Below, piece after piece: positions 53,455 to 62,367 of a stretch of 64,000 bases of DNA. Location of the stretch: the NCBI GenBank assembly GCA_016212505.1, contig JACRGB010000039.1, positions 1,590 to 65,589 on the forward strand, given 5' to 3'. The notes beneath the pieces are model-generated. The model saw only the letters and a program-made list of their open reading frames with translations. It searched no databases and was not told the DNA's origin. This DNA is from Candidatus Micrarchaeota archaeon. Lineage in GTDB: Archaea > Micrarchaeota > Micrarchaeia > Anstonellales > Bilamarchaeaceae. The position numbers and the translations under genes are program-made. Each line of letters starts with the position of its first letter. Position 1 is the stretch's first letter.

Positions 53455-53724
53455 TGATAAAGCGGCCCCACAGATAAGCAAAACGTGCACCATCCGGTAC
53501 ACAGTTATCCGTGGACTTACCCGCATTCAAGATAGTATATCAAACTGTTTATAAAATGGGTTGATGAGAGCAAAAGCAGACTTATAATTGGTAAGCTCTT
53601 CATTCTGCTCGTGTACTCTAGTTCGGAGCCCTTACATACCGGCTAGGCCGGATTCCGTTTCTCAACGGCACGCAGATACAAGGTCAGCTTACCAGATAAT
53701 GTTATCACTTAACTGCTTAAAAAG

Positions 53725-54486
53725 CTACCGAAATGGTTTTGACCGTTTCCAAAACTCAAGAAAATATGCCTTAAACGAATCTGCAATGTCCTGGCTGACT
53801 ATTTCTATTGCAATGGGTTCTTTTGATGCAATCGCTATCATTACTGTATCTTTATAGATCAGAAAATATGCAGGTGTTTTGATATCTGTAGGCATATATC
53901 TTGCTTCGCATCTGGGTTGGCTATTCCTGTGCTGCAGTACTTCTTTTTGCGTATCTTTATTGAACAAAAGCCTGCACTTTATTCCCTCCTCTGCCCTCCT
54001 CAAGTGATCTTTTCTCCAGTAATTGTGGATGCCCTCTGCCTGGTAGGACGGTATCCCCAAATAATAATACTCATCGCCTTTTTTCAATTTCAAATAAGTG
54101 TGTTCATGTGCAACAGCAAGACCTTTCGTTCCCTGATAAAAACTGACATTCTGGACTTTCTCTGCATTTTGATAGTAACCTTGCAACTGAGGCAAGAATT
54201 TATCAAAGTCTTCTTCTAGTTTTCTTAAAGAATTTTCCTTTTCTTTTAAATAATCCTTGATTTTGGATGGTTCAACTGCCTGAAAATATATCACTCCGCT
54301 TTTTTCTATGTGAGAGGCAAGTCCTTTCTTTTCTAACTTATCAAGAATTGAGTACAACTTAGATCGCGATACTTGAGATTGTTTTGCAATTGGGCCTGTG
54401 GAGCTGGAACCTAGCTTTAACAATGCAAGATAGGTCTTTATCTCGCCATTTGTAAGGCCAATTTCTTCCAGAATTTTTACGTTCAT
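53725..54486 (-). CDS. TrmB-family transcriptional regulator
   Basis: ILEEIGLTNGEIKTYLALLKLGSSSTGPIAKQSQVSRSKLYSILDKLEKKGL is the TrmB wHTH. The start was taken at ATG 54486; the track ORF extends further. Confidence 0.8.
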   Translation of the reverse strand: MNVKILEEIGLTNGEIKTYLALLKLGSSSTGPIAKQSQVSRSKLYSILDKLEKKGLASHIEKSGVIYFQAVEPSKIKDYLKEKENSLRKLEEDFDKFLPQLQGYYQNAEKVQNVSFYQGTKGLAVAHEHTYLKLKKGDEYYYLGIPSYQAEGIHNYWRKDHLRRAEEGIKCRLLFNKDTQKEVLQHRNSQPRCEARYMPTDIKTPAYFLIYKDTVMIAIASKEPIAIEIVSQDIADSFKAYFLEFWKRSKPFR

Positions 54487-54579
54487 GTTGTATCCCACTA
54501 AGGGGAACACATTCTTTAAATATAAGGTTGTCGTGGTTAGTTTAGGAAAGTGGATTAGGAAGAGAGTGGAGTTGGTTAG

Positions 54580-55230
54580 ATGAGAAAAAACGCAACCGAA
54601 TATCATATTCATGTCAATTGCTACCAAACAAATCGAGCGCTAGGCAGGCGATTAATTGGGCTTGGTCTTTTTGAAGATCCGATAACTCCAGATCCAAAAG
54701 TAAATCATTCTTGCCCTACCCATCATTTTACTTTCAAGGGAGATGAAAAACACAAAGTCGATGAGGTATGGACTAAAGTAGCGCTGGCATTAAAAAAAGA
54801 CCGCTCGTTCAGAGGATACGTTGAAGAGGAAGCAATAGCAACCGATCGAAGAATCCATTTTCCAATAACACAATTTAAATCTGTGATTCCATTTCCATTT
54901 AGGATAACTGGACTCGTTTCAGTTCCTTCTGGAAAAAGTAAAGCAACAGATATTCATCTTGAAGCTCCGCTAGAACTAGAGCTTGGATTTCTTCAAGAAC
55001 AACTTATAGAAAACGGATTTTTCAAAATTCTTACTCCCAAAGAACAGATATTTACCCTACAGCTAGCACACGTGGGAGATGCAAAAGCAATTGTTGAAGC
55101 TCTTAGGAAATATTTCGAAATATGCGGTGGAATAACCACTATTGAAATGGAAATCACCAGTAGATTTCTTCGATTCCCAGCTGACTTTGAAGTTGCACCA
55201 ATTGTTCCCTTTGGAGGGTTGATATTCTGA
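54580..55230 (+). CDS. hypothetical protein (orphan)
   Basis: 216-aa ORF divergent from the TrmB gene. No recognised motif. Confidence 0.5.
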   Translation: MRKNATEYHIHVNCYQTNRALGRRLIGLGLFEDPITPDPKVNHSCPTHHFTFKGDEKHKVDEVWTKVALALKKDRSFRGYVEEEAIATDRRIHFPITQFKSVIPFPFRITGLVSVPSGKSKATDIHLEAPLELELGFLQEQLIENGFFKILTPKEQIFTLQLAHVGDAKAIVEALRKYFEICGGITTIEMEITSRFLRFPADFEVAPIVPFGGLIF

Positions 55231-55313
55231 CTGTTTCTAAGCAGAAATCAACTTCCATTTTCATACTTACTCCAATTACTGGAGCGTTAGGTGACTCCAA
55301 AGCAATTACTAGA

Positions 55314-55694
55314 GTGAGAAATCTTGTAGAAGCGATCGATAGAGCCGCAGAAGCAAGAGGCGTAGCAACCTGGTGCGCATTTAGAGAAGAAAAATGGGGC
55401 AAAGAGATTGATCCAAATATTTTTATGAAAAGGGATTTGGAATGGTGCAGAACTTGTGATGGTGCAATACTGATTCCACAGGATTCATATGGAGTAAGAA
55501 TCGAATTAGGATTGCTTACTGCTTTTACAAAACCAATTTTGCGTCTCCATGAAGGAAAAATTAGCCATAAAACGCCTTTTGAGGAACATTTAGGATTACT
55601 TGCCACGATCTTTGATCATGCGTTTCAATCTTTAGGCGATGTAAGAAGGCAAGTGGACGAGTTTATATCTTTCTTGGAAAACATCAAAAGTTGA
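55314..55694 (+). CDS. nucleoside 2-deoxyribosyltransferase-like domain protein (N-terminus unresolved)
   Basis: ...CDGAILIPQDSYGVRIELGLLTAFTKPIL resembles the NDT-family D..v...d....dsGT.fElG.a.a.gKPi pattern. The frame is open back to 55191 and encodes SIFILTPITG without a canonical start. Confidence 0.5.
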   Translation: MRNLVEAIDRAAEARGVATWCAFREEKWGKEIDPNIFMKRDLEWCRTCDGAILIPQDSYGVRIELGLLTAFTKPILRLHEGKISHKTPFEEHLGLLATIFDHAFQSLGDVRRQVDEFISFLENIKS

Positions 55695-55864
55695 TTAGTG
55701 GGTTATGCTCCAATAGTTTTTACAGTTCCCTTAAGCTTAGTTTTCTGCACTTTTCAAATTGAGAGCAGGTTTTTTATTGCGCCTATGGAATTAGGGTTAA
55801 GGCTGCATTGCTTTCCATAAGAAGTAGGATGTAAAAGGATTTAGGTTAATAATTAGTTTAAGTG

Positions 55865-56143
55865 ATGAAAATGATGGAAGATTTATTTAACAACAATGCA
55901 TTGTCGAAGGTTCTTGATTTTCTTTTAGATGAACCAAGTTTTGATTTTTCCCAAGCCGACATAGCTAGGGAAACCGGTCTTAGCTGGAAGACCGTTCATG
56001 AAATTTTTCCAACCCTTGAAAAATTCCAAATCATCAGTCCGACTAGGACAATAAACCGTGCAAAATTGTATAAAATTAACCTTGACTCAAAAGTACTTAA
56101 ATTTTTTGCAACAATTAGATCTGGAAGTTTCTGCGATAATTAA
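55865..56143 (+). CDS. small winged-helix DNA-binding protein
   Basis: LSKVLDFLLDEP..DFSQADIARETGLSWKTVHEIFPTLEKFQII is a wHTH pattern. Confidence 0.6.
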   Translation: MKMMEDLFNNNALSKVLDFLLDEPSFDFSQADIARETGLSWKTVHEIFPTLEKFQIISPTRTINRAKLYKINLDSKVLKFFATIRSGSFCDN

Positions 56144-56243
56144 TGAGAAAATTGCTGCAGATGAAATTGCTAAAATACAAGTTGCAAAGGCAGTTGCCAA
56201 TTAATTTGCAACGTTTTATTACCGGTAAACTATTTCATTTTAA

Positions 56244-56912
56244 CTATTTTTCTTGAGCCAACAGATTTCCAATCGTAGAATATGCATCAACAAGTACTTC
56301 CTCTTTGAATAGCAACATCATCTCCGCGCCAATAGTATGCATCGCTTGAATTGAAATATTTTTTAGTGCAAGTTCTCGTGTAATCCGATAGTAAACTCCT
56401 GGAATATCCTTGGTTATTTTTGCCCAGTTTACCGTTACATACGCCAGATTGTCCAACTCCGAAGTTATAATCTGGCCTTTAATGGCCTCTAGGACATATT
56501 TCTTATTCGTCTGATTAGTAAATATTGCAATTTCATAAGTGCCTTCAATAACTGATAAGACCTCTCCTTTCTGCCTTTTTATGTGCTTGTAAAGATGGTC
56601 CAGTATTTTGGGTATGTCTGGAGTCTTCTCAATTGCAACTTCATAAATTTTTGATTTTGTTGAAACTTCAAGATCCTTTGGAAAATTCCACTGGAATATT
56701 GCTTTGCCTAAATACTCCTCCATAAATCTTCTGATTGCCATGCCGATGGCAGGCAATTCTACTTTCTTACCGCGTTTTTTCTCTATTTTAGTATGAAGCT
56801 TAGTTGCTACCGCATTAACATTGACAAGTTCCTGCTGAAGCATGTCTACAAGTATTGGGCTTTTTCTAAGTTCTTCATTAACTAATTCCTGTATGGTGAC
56901 CATATTGCTCAT
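56244..56912 (-). CDS. hypothetical protein, possibly with C-terminal ACT-like segment
   Basis: 222-aa ORF. The weak pattern VTVNWAKITKDIPGVYYRITRELALKNISIQAMH resembles an ACT beta-alpha-beta unit. Confidence 0.45.
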   Translation of the reverse strand: MSNMVTIQELVNEELRKSPILVDMLQQELVNVNAVATKLHTKIEKKRGKKVELPAIGMAIRRFMEEYLGKAIFQWNFPKDLEVSTKSKIYEVAIEKTPDIPKILDHLYKHIKRQKGEVLSVIEGTYEIAIFTNQTNKKYVLEAIKGQIITSELDNLAYVTVNWAKITKDIPGVYYRITRELALKNISIQAMHTIGAEMMLLFKEEVLVDAYSTIGNLLAQEK

Positions 56913-57006
56913 TGGTTTTAGTGTTTGTTAGAATTTAAAAACATTTCTAAAATATTGTTAAGAAAATAACAGAACGTATAAATATTAACATTGATTATAA
57001 CTTATT

Positions 57007-57402
57007 ATGAAAATTGCCATCGTATTAAATGAAAATTTGGGCCCGGGCTTTTTGGCAAATGCGGCAGCTTGCATTGCTTCAGGCTTGTTCAACAAGGAAG
57101 AAAATCTCTTAGGCGAGCAGATTGAAGGAAAAGATATTACTTATATTCCAATCACAAAAATTCCCATCCTTATTCTCAAGCAAAATAAGAATAACTGGAA
57201 AAATCTTCTTGAGCGTGCTAAGAAGAACAATCTGAAATATATGTTGTTTACTCGAGAAGCGCAGTCAACAACGTACTATGCGGATTATACGAACAGAGTT
57301 GCAGGCAAACCCATTGATCAAGTTGACATCATTGGCTTAGGTGTTCTTGGTGATGATGAGCGCATAACCAAATTTAGCGGAAATATTGCTTTGCTAAGGT
57401 GA
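57007..57402 (+). CDS. DUF2000-like protein (PTH2-like fold)
   Basis: KIAIVLNENLGPGFLANAAACIASGL...IPILILK...FTREAQSTTYYADY...IGLGVLGDDERITKFSGNIALL fits my recollection of DUF2000. Confidence 0.55.
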   Translation: MKIAIVLNENLGPGFLANAAACIASGLFNKEENLLGEQIEGKDITYIPITKIPILILKQNKNNWKNLLERAKKNNLKYMLFTREAQSTTYYADYTNRVAGKPIDQVDIIGLGVLGDDERITKFSGNIALLR

Positions 57403-58268
57403 TTGTACTGACTGCCGACCGTTCACTAAAACTTCGTTTCCGTGAAAGAATTGTTCCAGTAAATCATCAGACTAACTGGATTCGTGCGCGCAATGCTGCT
57501 CATACGCAAGGAGGATTGCCGCCCCTGCGTACTTTATATAAGCATTTTTCCAATCCTGAATATAGGTCTACTTTCAGTTCATACGAAATTAAAATTGTAG
57601 ATGAGGTTGCACCTTTTTGGGCTCGCGAGGTTCTTGCTTGGTCCGGAACCCGTACTTACTCATTTTTCGAGCGGGGAAAGCAACACGATGTCCTATCTGG
57701 GCGTTTTGCTTTGAGATTGGACGATTTGCTCGATCATATACCCGCTGAAGAACTGCCTCTTCTTTCCCAGTCCCACACTGCACTGTTAATCGATCCTCTT
57801 CCAGGGCGTTTCCCGAGCTATGGGCCAACTGATAAAAAAAGAAAACTTATCTCCCCATCATCTATCTTTGTTTCTGGCGGCGTTCCTGATATAGCTAATG
57901 TCGATCCAAAAACCGGGTTTTTCTCTAAAAATGCTTCAGGATCACTTTATTCTTTTGGGTTCGATGTTTACCCATTCATTGGTGGCATATGGCATTCAGG
58001 TACTGCCCGGCATAGATATCCTACTCTCCCTGATCTGTCCGGCCTCGTTTCCCTTCCCTGGATTAATCTAAATCGGCAGCGTGTTTCTTATGTTGTTTAT
58101 GATTTATTGCAGCCTGATAATCGCTTAGTAGTAGGTGGAATCTCAAGCCCAGAAGTGAGAAAATTTGCTCTTGATCCTACCTGTATACCGGATAAGATGC
58201 TAGGACTGAATCTTCCTCCAATTCTTTTGAAAGATCTTTCTGAAAATGCACGAGAATTAGAATTCTAA
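57399..58268 (+). CDS. hypothetical protein (orphan), start overlaps the upstream stop
   Basis: GTG start within GTGA at 57399-57402. 289 aa. No recognised motif. Confidence 0.55.
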   Translation: MIVLTADRSLKLRFRERIVPVNHQTNWIRARNAAHTQGGLPPLRTLYKHFSNPEYRSTFSSYEIKIVDEVAPFWAREVLAWSGTRTYSFFERGKQHDVLSGRFALRLDDLLDHIPAEELPLLSQSHTALLIDPLPGRFPSYGPTDKKRKLISPSSIFVSGGVPDIANVDPKTGFFSKNASGSLYSFGFDVYPFIGGIWHSGTARHRYPTLPDLSGLVSLPWINLNRQRVSYVVYDLLQPDNRLVVGGISSPEVRKFALDPTCIPDKMLGLNLPPILLKDLSENARELEF

Positions 58269-58270
58269 TC

Positions 58271-59041
58271 TCAAACAACCAATTTCATCCCATCTTCTGC
58301 TGCAATAGTTTTTACCCCGCTTTCCTTTTCTATTTTCTTTGCTTCCTTTTCGCCAATGCCAATCATTTTCATCCCTAAATGTGTTATGACACACTGTTTT
58401 GGTTTTGCTCCTTTGAGAATTTTGATTGTATCGCCAGTTGTCAAATGGCCATGATACTTATCTCCTGATGGTTTGAGGCAATTTACAATTAGTAAATCAC
58501 AACCTGAAAACGCTTCCCCAAAGCTTTCCTTATATTCTGTATCAGTTATGTATCCAATCATTTTACCATCCATCTCGAGCTTAAACCCTACCGCAGTTTT
58601 CTCATCGTGGATCATTCCAATAAATTCCATTTCAAAAGATCCCTTTGCAGTCTGGAAAGTTTTCCTATCCCCCGGAGCTGCAGCGTAAACTTCTGCAACC
58701 CGATTTTGATAATAAAGATGAACTGCCCGATCTCCCTTATCTGTACCTTCAATCGCCTGCTTGCTTCCAATAAGTATTCCTCTTTTATTTGAACCAAAGC
58801 CGCTCATTCCTTCCATAAGTACCATTGCATCTGAAAAATGGTCAACATGGCCATGGCTAATGACTATTGCATCAAGTTTAGCAGGATCTTGCTTTGTCTT
58901 TATCGAAGCTAATAATGCACCTGGGCCTGGATCAACATGAATTTTGGCAGAATCAGAACTTATCCTAAATCCTCCTGTGCCGCGTATTTGCTTTACGAGA
59001 TTTACTCGGCCTCCACCACTGCCGAGAAAGATGATTTCCAT
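58271..59041 (-). CDS. metallo-beta-lactamase fold hydrolase
   Basis: MEIIFLGSGGG... and the HxHxDH motif SHGHVDHFSD. Confidence 0.85.
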   Translation of the reverse strand: MEIIFLGSGGGRVNLVKQIRGTGGFRISSDSAKIHVDPGPGALLASIKTKQDPAKLDAIVISHGHVDHFSDAMVLMEGMSGFGSNKRGILIGSKQAIEGTDKGDRAVHLYYQNRVAEVYAAAPGDRKTFQTAKGSFEMEFIGMIHDEKTAVGFKLEMDGKMIGYITDTEYKESFGEAFSGCDLLIVNCLKPSGDKYHGHLTTGDTIKILKGAKPKQCVITHLGMKMIGIGEKEAKKIEKESGVKTIAAEDGMKLVV

Positions 59042-59077
59042 AACTTAAATTAGAAATCAAGATATATATTTGCTGCT

Positions 59078-59998
59078 TTAGACTAATTTTCTGTTCACGA
59101 ACTTAACTGTTTTGCAGTACATGCACAAATTGCTTGAAGATGGTTCTCCACACTTTTCACATGCAGAAAGCACTGCTCCTTTGGAATATTTTGCACGTAA
59201 AGCATCTTCCATTTCCAGCAAAGAATTAACTATTTTGAATTTTGTTCCTGGATATTTCTCTTCTGCTTCATTGATCATCTTTCTAATATGTCCGCGAAAC
59301 GCAAAACGTGCGTAGGGGCATTCCATCCTTTCTAATTCAATATCTTTCATGATGGCATAAATTGCAACTTCGCGCTCTGGTGTAACCATTAATGGTCTAA
59401 TCCGCTGAACAAACTTTGCGTCCTTGAGCATTGGTTCATTTAATCTTGCTAATCTAGCTGGTTCATTGCGCATGATATTCATCATTATTGTTTGGGCCAT
59501 ATCATCCAGGTTATGGCCAGTTGCCATTTTTGTTGCATTGACTTCCCTTGCGCTTCGGTTCAGCAAATATCTTCTCATTACTCCACAATGGCTGCATGGA
59601 ATATCTTCAGAATTGTCACTAACTATTTCATCCATTGTTTTTCCTGCTTCTTTTTCATAAGAGAAAACAAAGTGCTCGACGCCAAGCTTAACACATTCAG
59701 CTTTCGCAACCTTTATGGTTTTTTCCCGATATCCCTTGATCCCTTCATCAATTGTAATTGCAACAAGTTCGAATGGCAAATCTTTTTTTAGTTCGGCTAA
59801 AGAATGCAGCAAAACCATGCTGTCTTTTCCGCCTGATAAACCAATTGCAACCCTATCATTTTTCTTTATCATTTGGTTATTCCTGACCGTAGCACGGAAC
59901 CTTTTGTCAAACATATGAATGAAATGCTGCTGGCAAAGGTGTGCATTTGAATAATTAAGAAAAACAGACGGCTCAGCACCGCAATGGCATTTATCCAC
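59078..59998 (-). CDS. ncsA: tRNA 2-thiolation PP-loop ATPase (NcsA/Ncs6/TtcA family)
   Basis: PP-loop VAIGLSGGKDSMVLL, an N-terminal CxxxxxxxxxxxxxC/H Zn finger and a C-terminal CEKCG...CMYC. GTG start overlaps the upstream beta-grasp gene by 8 nt. Confidence 0.85.
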   Translation of the reverse strand: MDKCHCGAEPSVFLNYSNAHLCQQHFIHMFDKRFRATVRNNQMIKKNDRVAIGLSGGKDSMVLLHSLAELKKDLPFELVAITIDEGIKGYREKTIKVAKAECVKLGVEHFVFSYEKEAGKTMDEIVSDNSEDIPCSHCGVMRRYLLNRSAREVNATKMATGHNLDDMAQTIMMNIMRNEPARLARLNEPMLKDAKFVQRIRPLMVTPEREVAIYAIMKDIELERMECPYARFAFRGHIRKMINEAEEKYPGTKFKIVNSLLEMEDALRAKYSKGAVLSACEKCGEPSSSNLCMYCKTVKFVNRKLV

Positions 59999-60179
59999 CG
60001 AAAACTACCTTGATTATTTCAACAGAATCGTTTTTTCCTACCTTCAATGTTTCAGGAGCTAACTTTCCATTAACTTTTACGACTACCTCTTCGCGCATCA
60101 CTTTCAGTTCGCGCAAAAGCGAACTTATAGGGCCAACGAATTCTTTATCCATCTTCTGATTGTCAAATACTAGTTCCAT
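59991..60179 (-). CDS. ubiquitin-like beta-grasp sulfur carrier (SAMP/ThiS/MoaD-like) ending in Gly-Gly
   Basis: 62 aa ending ...VEIIKVVFGG*. It lies directly upstream of ncsA and overlaps it. Confidence 0.7.
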   Translation of the reverse strand: MELVFDNQKMDKEFVGPISSLLRELKVMREEVVVKVNGKLAPETLKVGKNDSVEIIKVVFGG

Positions 60180-60288
60180 TATTTGTCCTCTCCGTCTAAT
60201 TTCTATTGATTAAATGAAAATAAATAATTATAGTTGTGGTAAATTACATAAAGAAAGTGTTAAAAAGCATTCATAGCACATCAAACTT

Positions 60289-60915
60289 ATGTCTGATCAA
60301 AGTTTAAAGGATGCTTCAATTTCCAGAGTCAATCCATTTGTCAGATGGCGAACTTATCGGCAAGGAGTTCGGGAAAGACGAGCAGAACTAGCTAGACTTC
60401 AAGAAAACTTAGCTCCGTATGATTATCTTTTACAAAAAGATCGAAAAGGAAATCCTGTTTTTGCACTTAAGCCTGGAGTTGTAAGTATGAGCAAGGAAGC
60501 AGCGGATTCCACTCCTCTGAAAATACACTTGTTCCAGATCTTATCATCTGATGGTGAGTTATCCGGCTTTATAGAAACTCGAATAATTCCACCAGAAGAA
60601 AGATTAATTCTTGCAAATGAGGCAATTGATAGTATTAATCTTTTTAAGCGCGGTTTAGAATTTTTTAAATATGTATTTATTGCACTTGGCCCTCTTTCTT
60701 TACTCGCTCCAACAACTCAGTTATTTGATTATATCTACGCTGCTGTGGCAGTTGCAGCTACGATAAAAGCTCATTTAGTAAAAAACACTCATCTTATGAA
60801 ACTTGAAGTTCGAGCTAAAACCGGATTCTTAGCCTCTCTTGAACTTTATATCAAAGCCCCTGCAGCTTCTGAGCAAGAAGATCCAGATCAGGTTGCAGGT
60901 CGAACGTTACACTAG
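60289..60915 (+). CDS. hypothetical membrane protein (orphan)
   Basis: 208 aa with the hydrophobic stretch YVFIALGPLSLLAPTTQLFDYIYAAVAVAATI. Confidence 0.5.
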   Translation: MSDQSLKDASISRVNPFVRWRTYRQGVRERRAELARLQENLAPYDYLLQKDRKGNPVFALKPGVVSMSKEAADSTPLKIHLFQILSSDGELSGFIETRIIPPEERLILANEAIDSINLFKRGLEFFKYVFIALGPLSLLAPTTQLFDYIYAAVAVAATIKAHLVKNTHLMKLEVRAKTGFLASLELYIKAPAASEQEDPDQVAGRTLH

Positions 60916-60969
60916 TCGAACCCTACAATAAATACTAATTATTAACTTTATCTTCGTTTAGTATTTTCT

Positions 60970-62211
60970 ATGAAAATTACTGCTATCTGGGCCCGGGAGA
61001 TATTAGATTCACGCGGAAATCCTACTGTTGAAGTTGAAGTATTTTCCGAAGATGGTTTTGGAAGTGCAGCAGCACCAAGCGGAGCTTCAACTGGAAAATA
61101 CGAGGCATATGAACTTCGTGACGGCGAGCCGAGATATTTAGGCAAAGGGGTTCTGCGGGCAGTTGAAAATGTTAATTCAATAATTGCACCCGCCTTAATA
61201 GGGATGGATATTTCCAACCAGCAGGAGCTGGATAAGAAGATGATAGCACTAGACGGGACCCCGAATAAAAGTAACCTTGGTGCCAATGCAATTGTCGCAA
61301 CCTCGATGGCCCTGCTGAGGGCAGCCGCCGGATCAAACAAAAAACTCCTTCATGATTATTTGGGAGGAAAAACTCTTCCACATGCAATGTTCAATGTCAT
61401 AAATGGAGGAAAACATGCCGGAGGAAAACTGGCAGTTCAGGAATTTATGATTATTCCAGAATCCGACTCATTTTCCGAGCGCCTGGCCATGGCCTCGGAG
61501 ATTTACCACGTTCTTGGCAAACAGCTTGCAAAGAATTACGGGGTAACTGCAAGAAACGTTGGCGATGAAGGTGGTTATGCCCCTCCAATTGACAATACCT
61601 ATAAGGCACTCGATTCGCTTGTTGCTGCAGCAGATGAGGCAGGATATAGCAAGGAATGCTCATTTGCATTAGATTGCGCTGCATCATCTTTTTTTTCCAA
61701 TGACCGCTATATGATAGATTCGAAAACGCTTCGGGATAGCGAATTGCTCGATTATTATGTTGATTTGGCAAAAGCATACCCGATAAAAAGCATCGAGGAC
61801 CCTTTTGATGAGGAGAATTTTTCCGCATTTTCTGCTCTAGCTAAAGCTATTCGCGGAGTGCAGATTGTTGGAGATGATTTAGTCGTTACAAATCCGGTTC
61901 GTATAAAGAAAGCAATAGAAGAGGGCTCGATGACCGCACTTCTATTGAAAATAAACCAGATCGGAACGGTTACTGAGGCATTAAGTGCTGCAAAAATGTG
62001 TAAAGATAACCGCATTAATATAATCGTAAGCCACCGCTCAGGTGAGACCGAAGATTGTTTCATCAGTGATTTTGCAGTGGGAATTAATGCCAGTTATATT
62101 AAGGCCGGAGCACCCGCCCGGGGCGAGCGAACTGCAAAATACAACCAGTTGCTAAGGATCGAAGAGCAGATTACCCTGCAGGCACTTGCGCAATCGGAGC
62201 AAGGAAATTGA
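60970..62211 (+). CDS. eno: enolase
   Basis: MKITAIWAREILDSRGNPTVEVEV, and the SHRSGETED signature (VSHRSGETEDCFISD). Confidence 0.95.
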   Translation: MKITAIWAREILDSRGNPTVEVEVFSEDGFGSAAAPSGASTGKYEAYELRDGEPRYLGKGVLRAVENVNSIIAPALIGMDISNQQELDKKMIALDGTPNKSNLGANAIVATSMALLRAAAGSNKKLLHDYLGGKTLPHAMFNVINGGKHAGGKLAVQEFMIIPESDSFSERLAMASEIYHVLGKQLAKNYGVTARNVGDEGGYAPPIDNTYKALDSLVAAADEAGYSKECSFALDCAASSFFSNDRYMIDSKTLRDSELLDYYVDLAKAYPIKSIEDPFDEENFSAFSALAKAIRGVQIVGDDLVVTNPVRIKKAIEEGSMTALLLKINQIGTVTEALSAAKMCKDNRINIIVSHRSGETEDCFISDFAVGINASYIKAGAPARGERTAKYNQLLRIEEQITLQALAQSEQGN

Positions 62212-62367
62212 AGTAAGGGAAAATTTATACAAACCACAGGAGATAAAATATTAACTGCAAGAGTAGTAACTCTCAGGTTGGTTTTGTATAAGCTTAAAAA
62301 GATAGTTGTGCATCTGTAATAACGCGAATAATGCGAGCATAAATTAGCAAACTCAAAGTGATTGCAG

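Noticed and set aside
53452-53620. UGAUGA strings (53452-53460 and 53562-53567) as C boxes of a C/D box sRNA
   Set aside because: There is no CUGA D or D-prime box at the required spacing downstream and no terminal stem.
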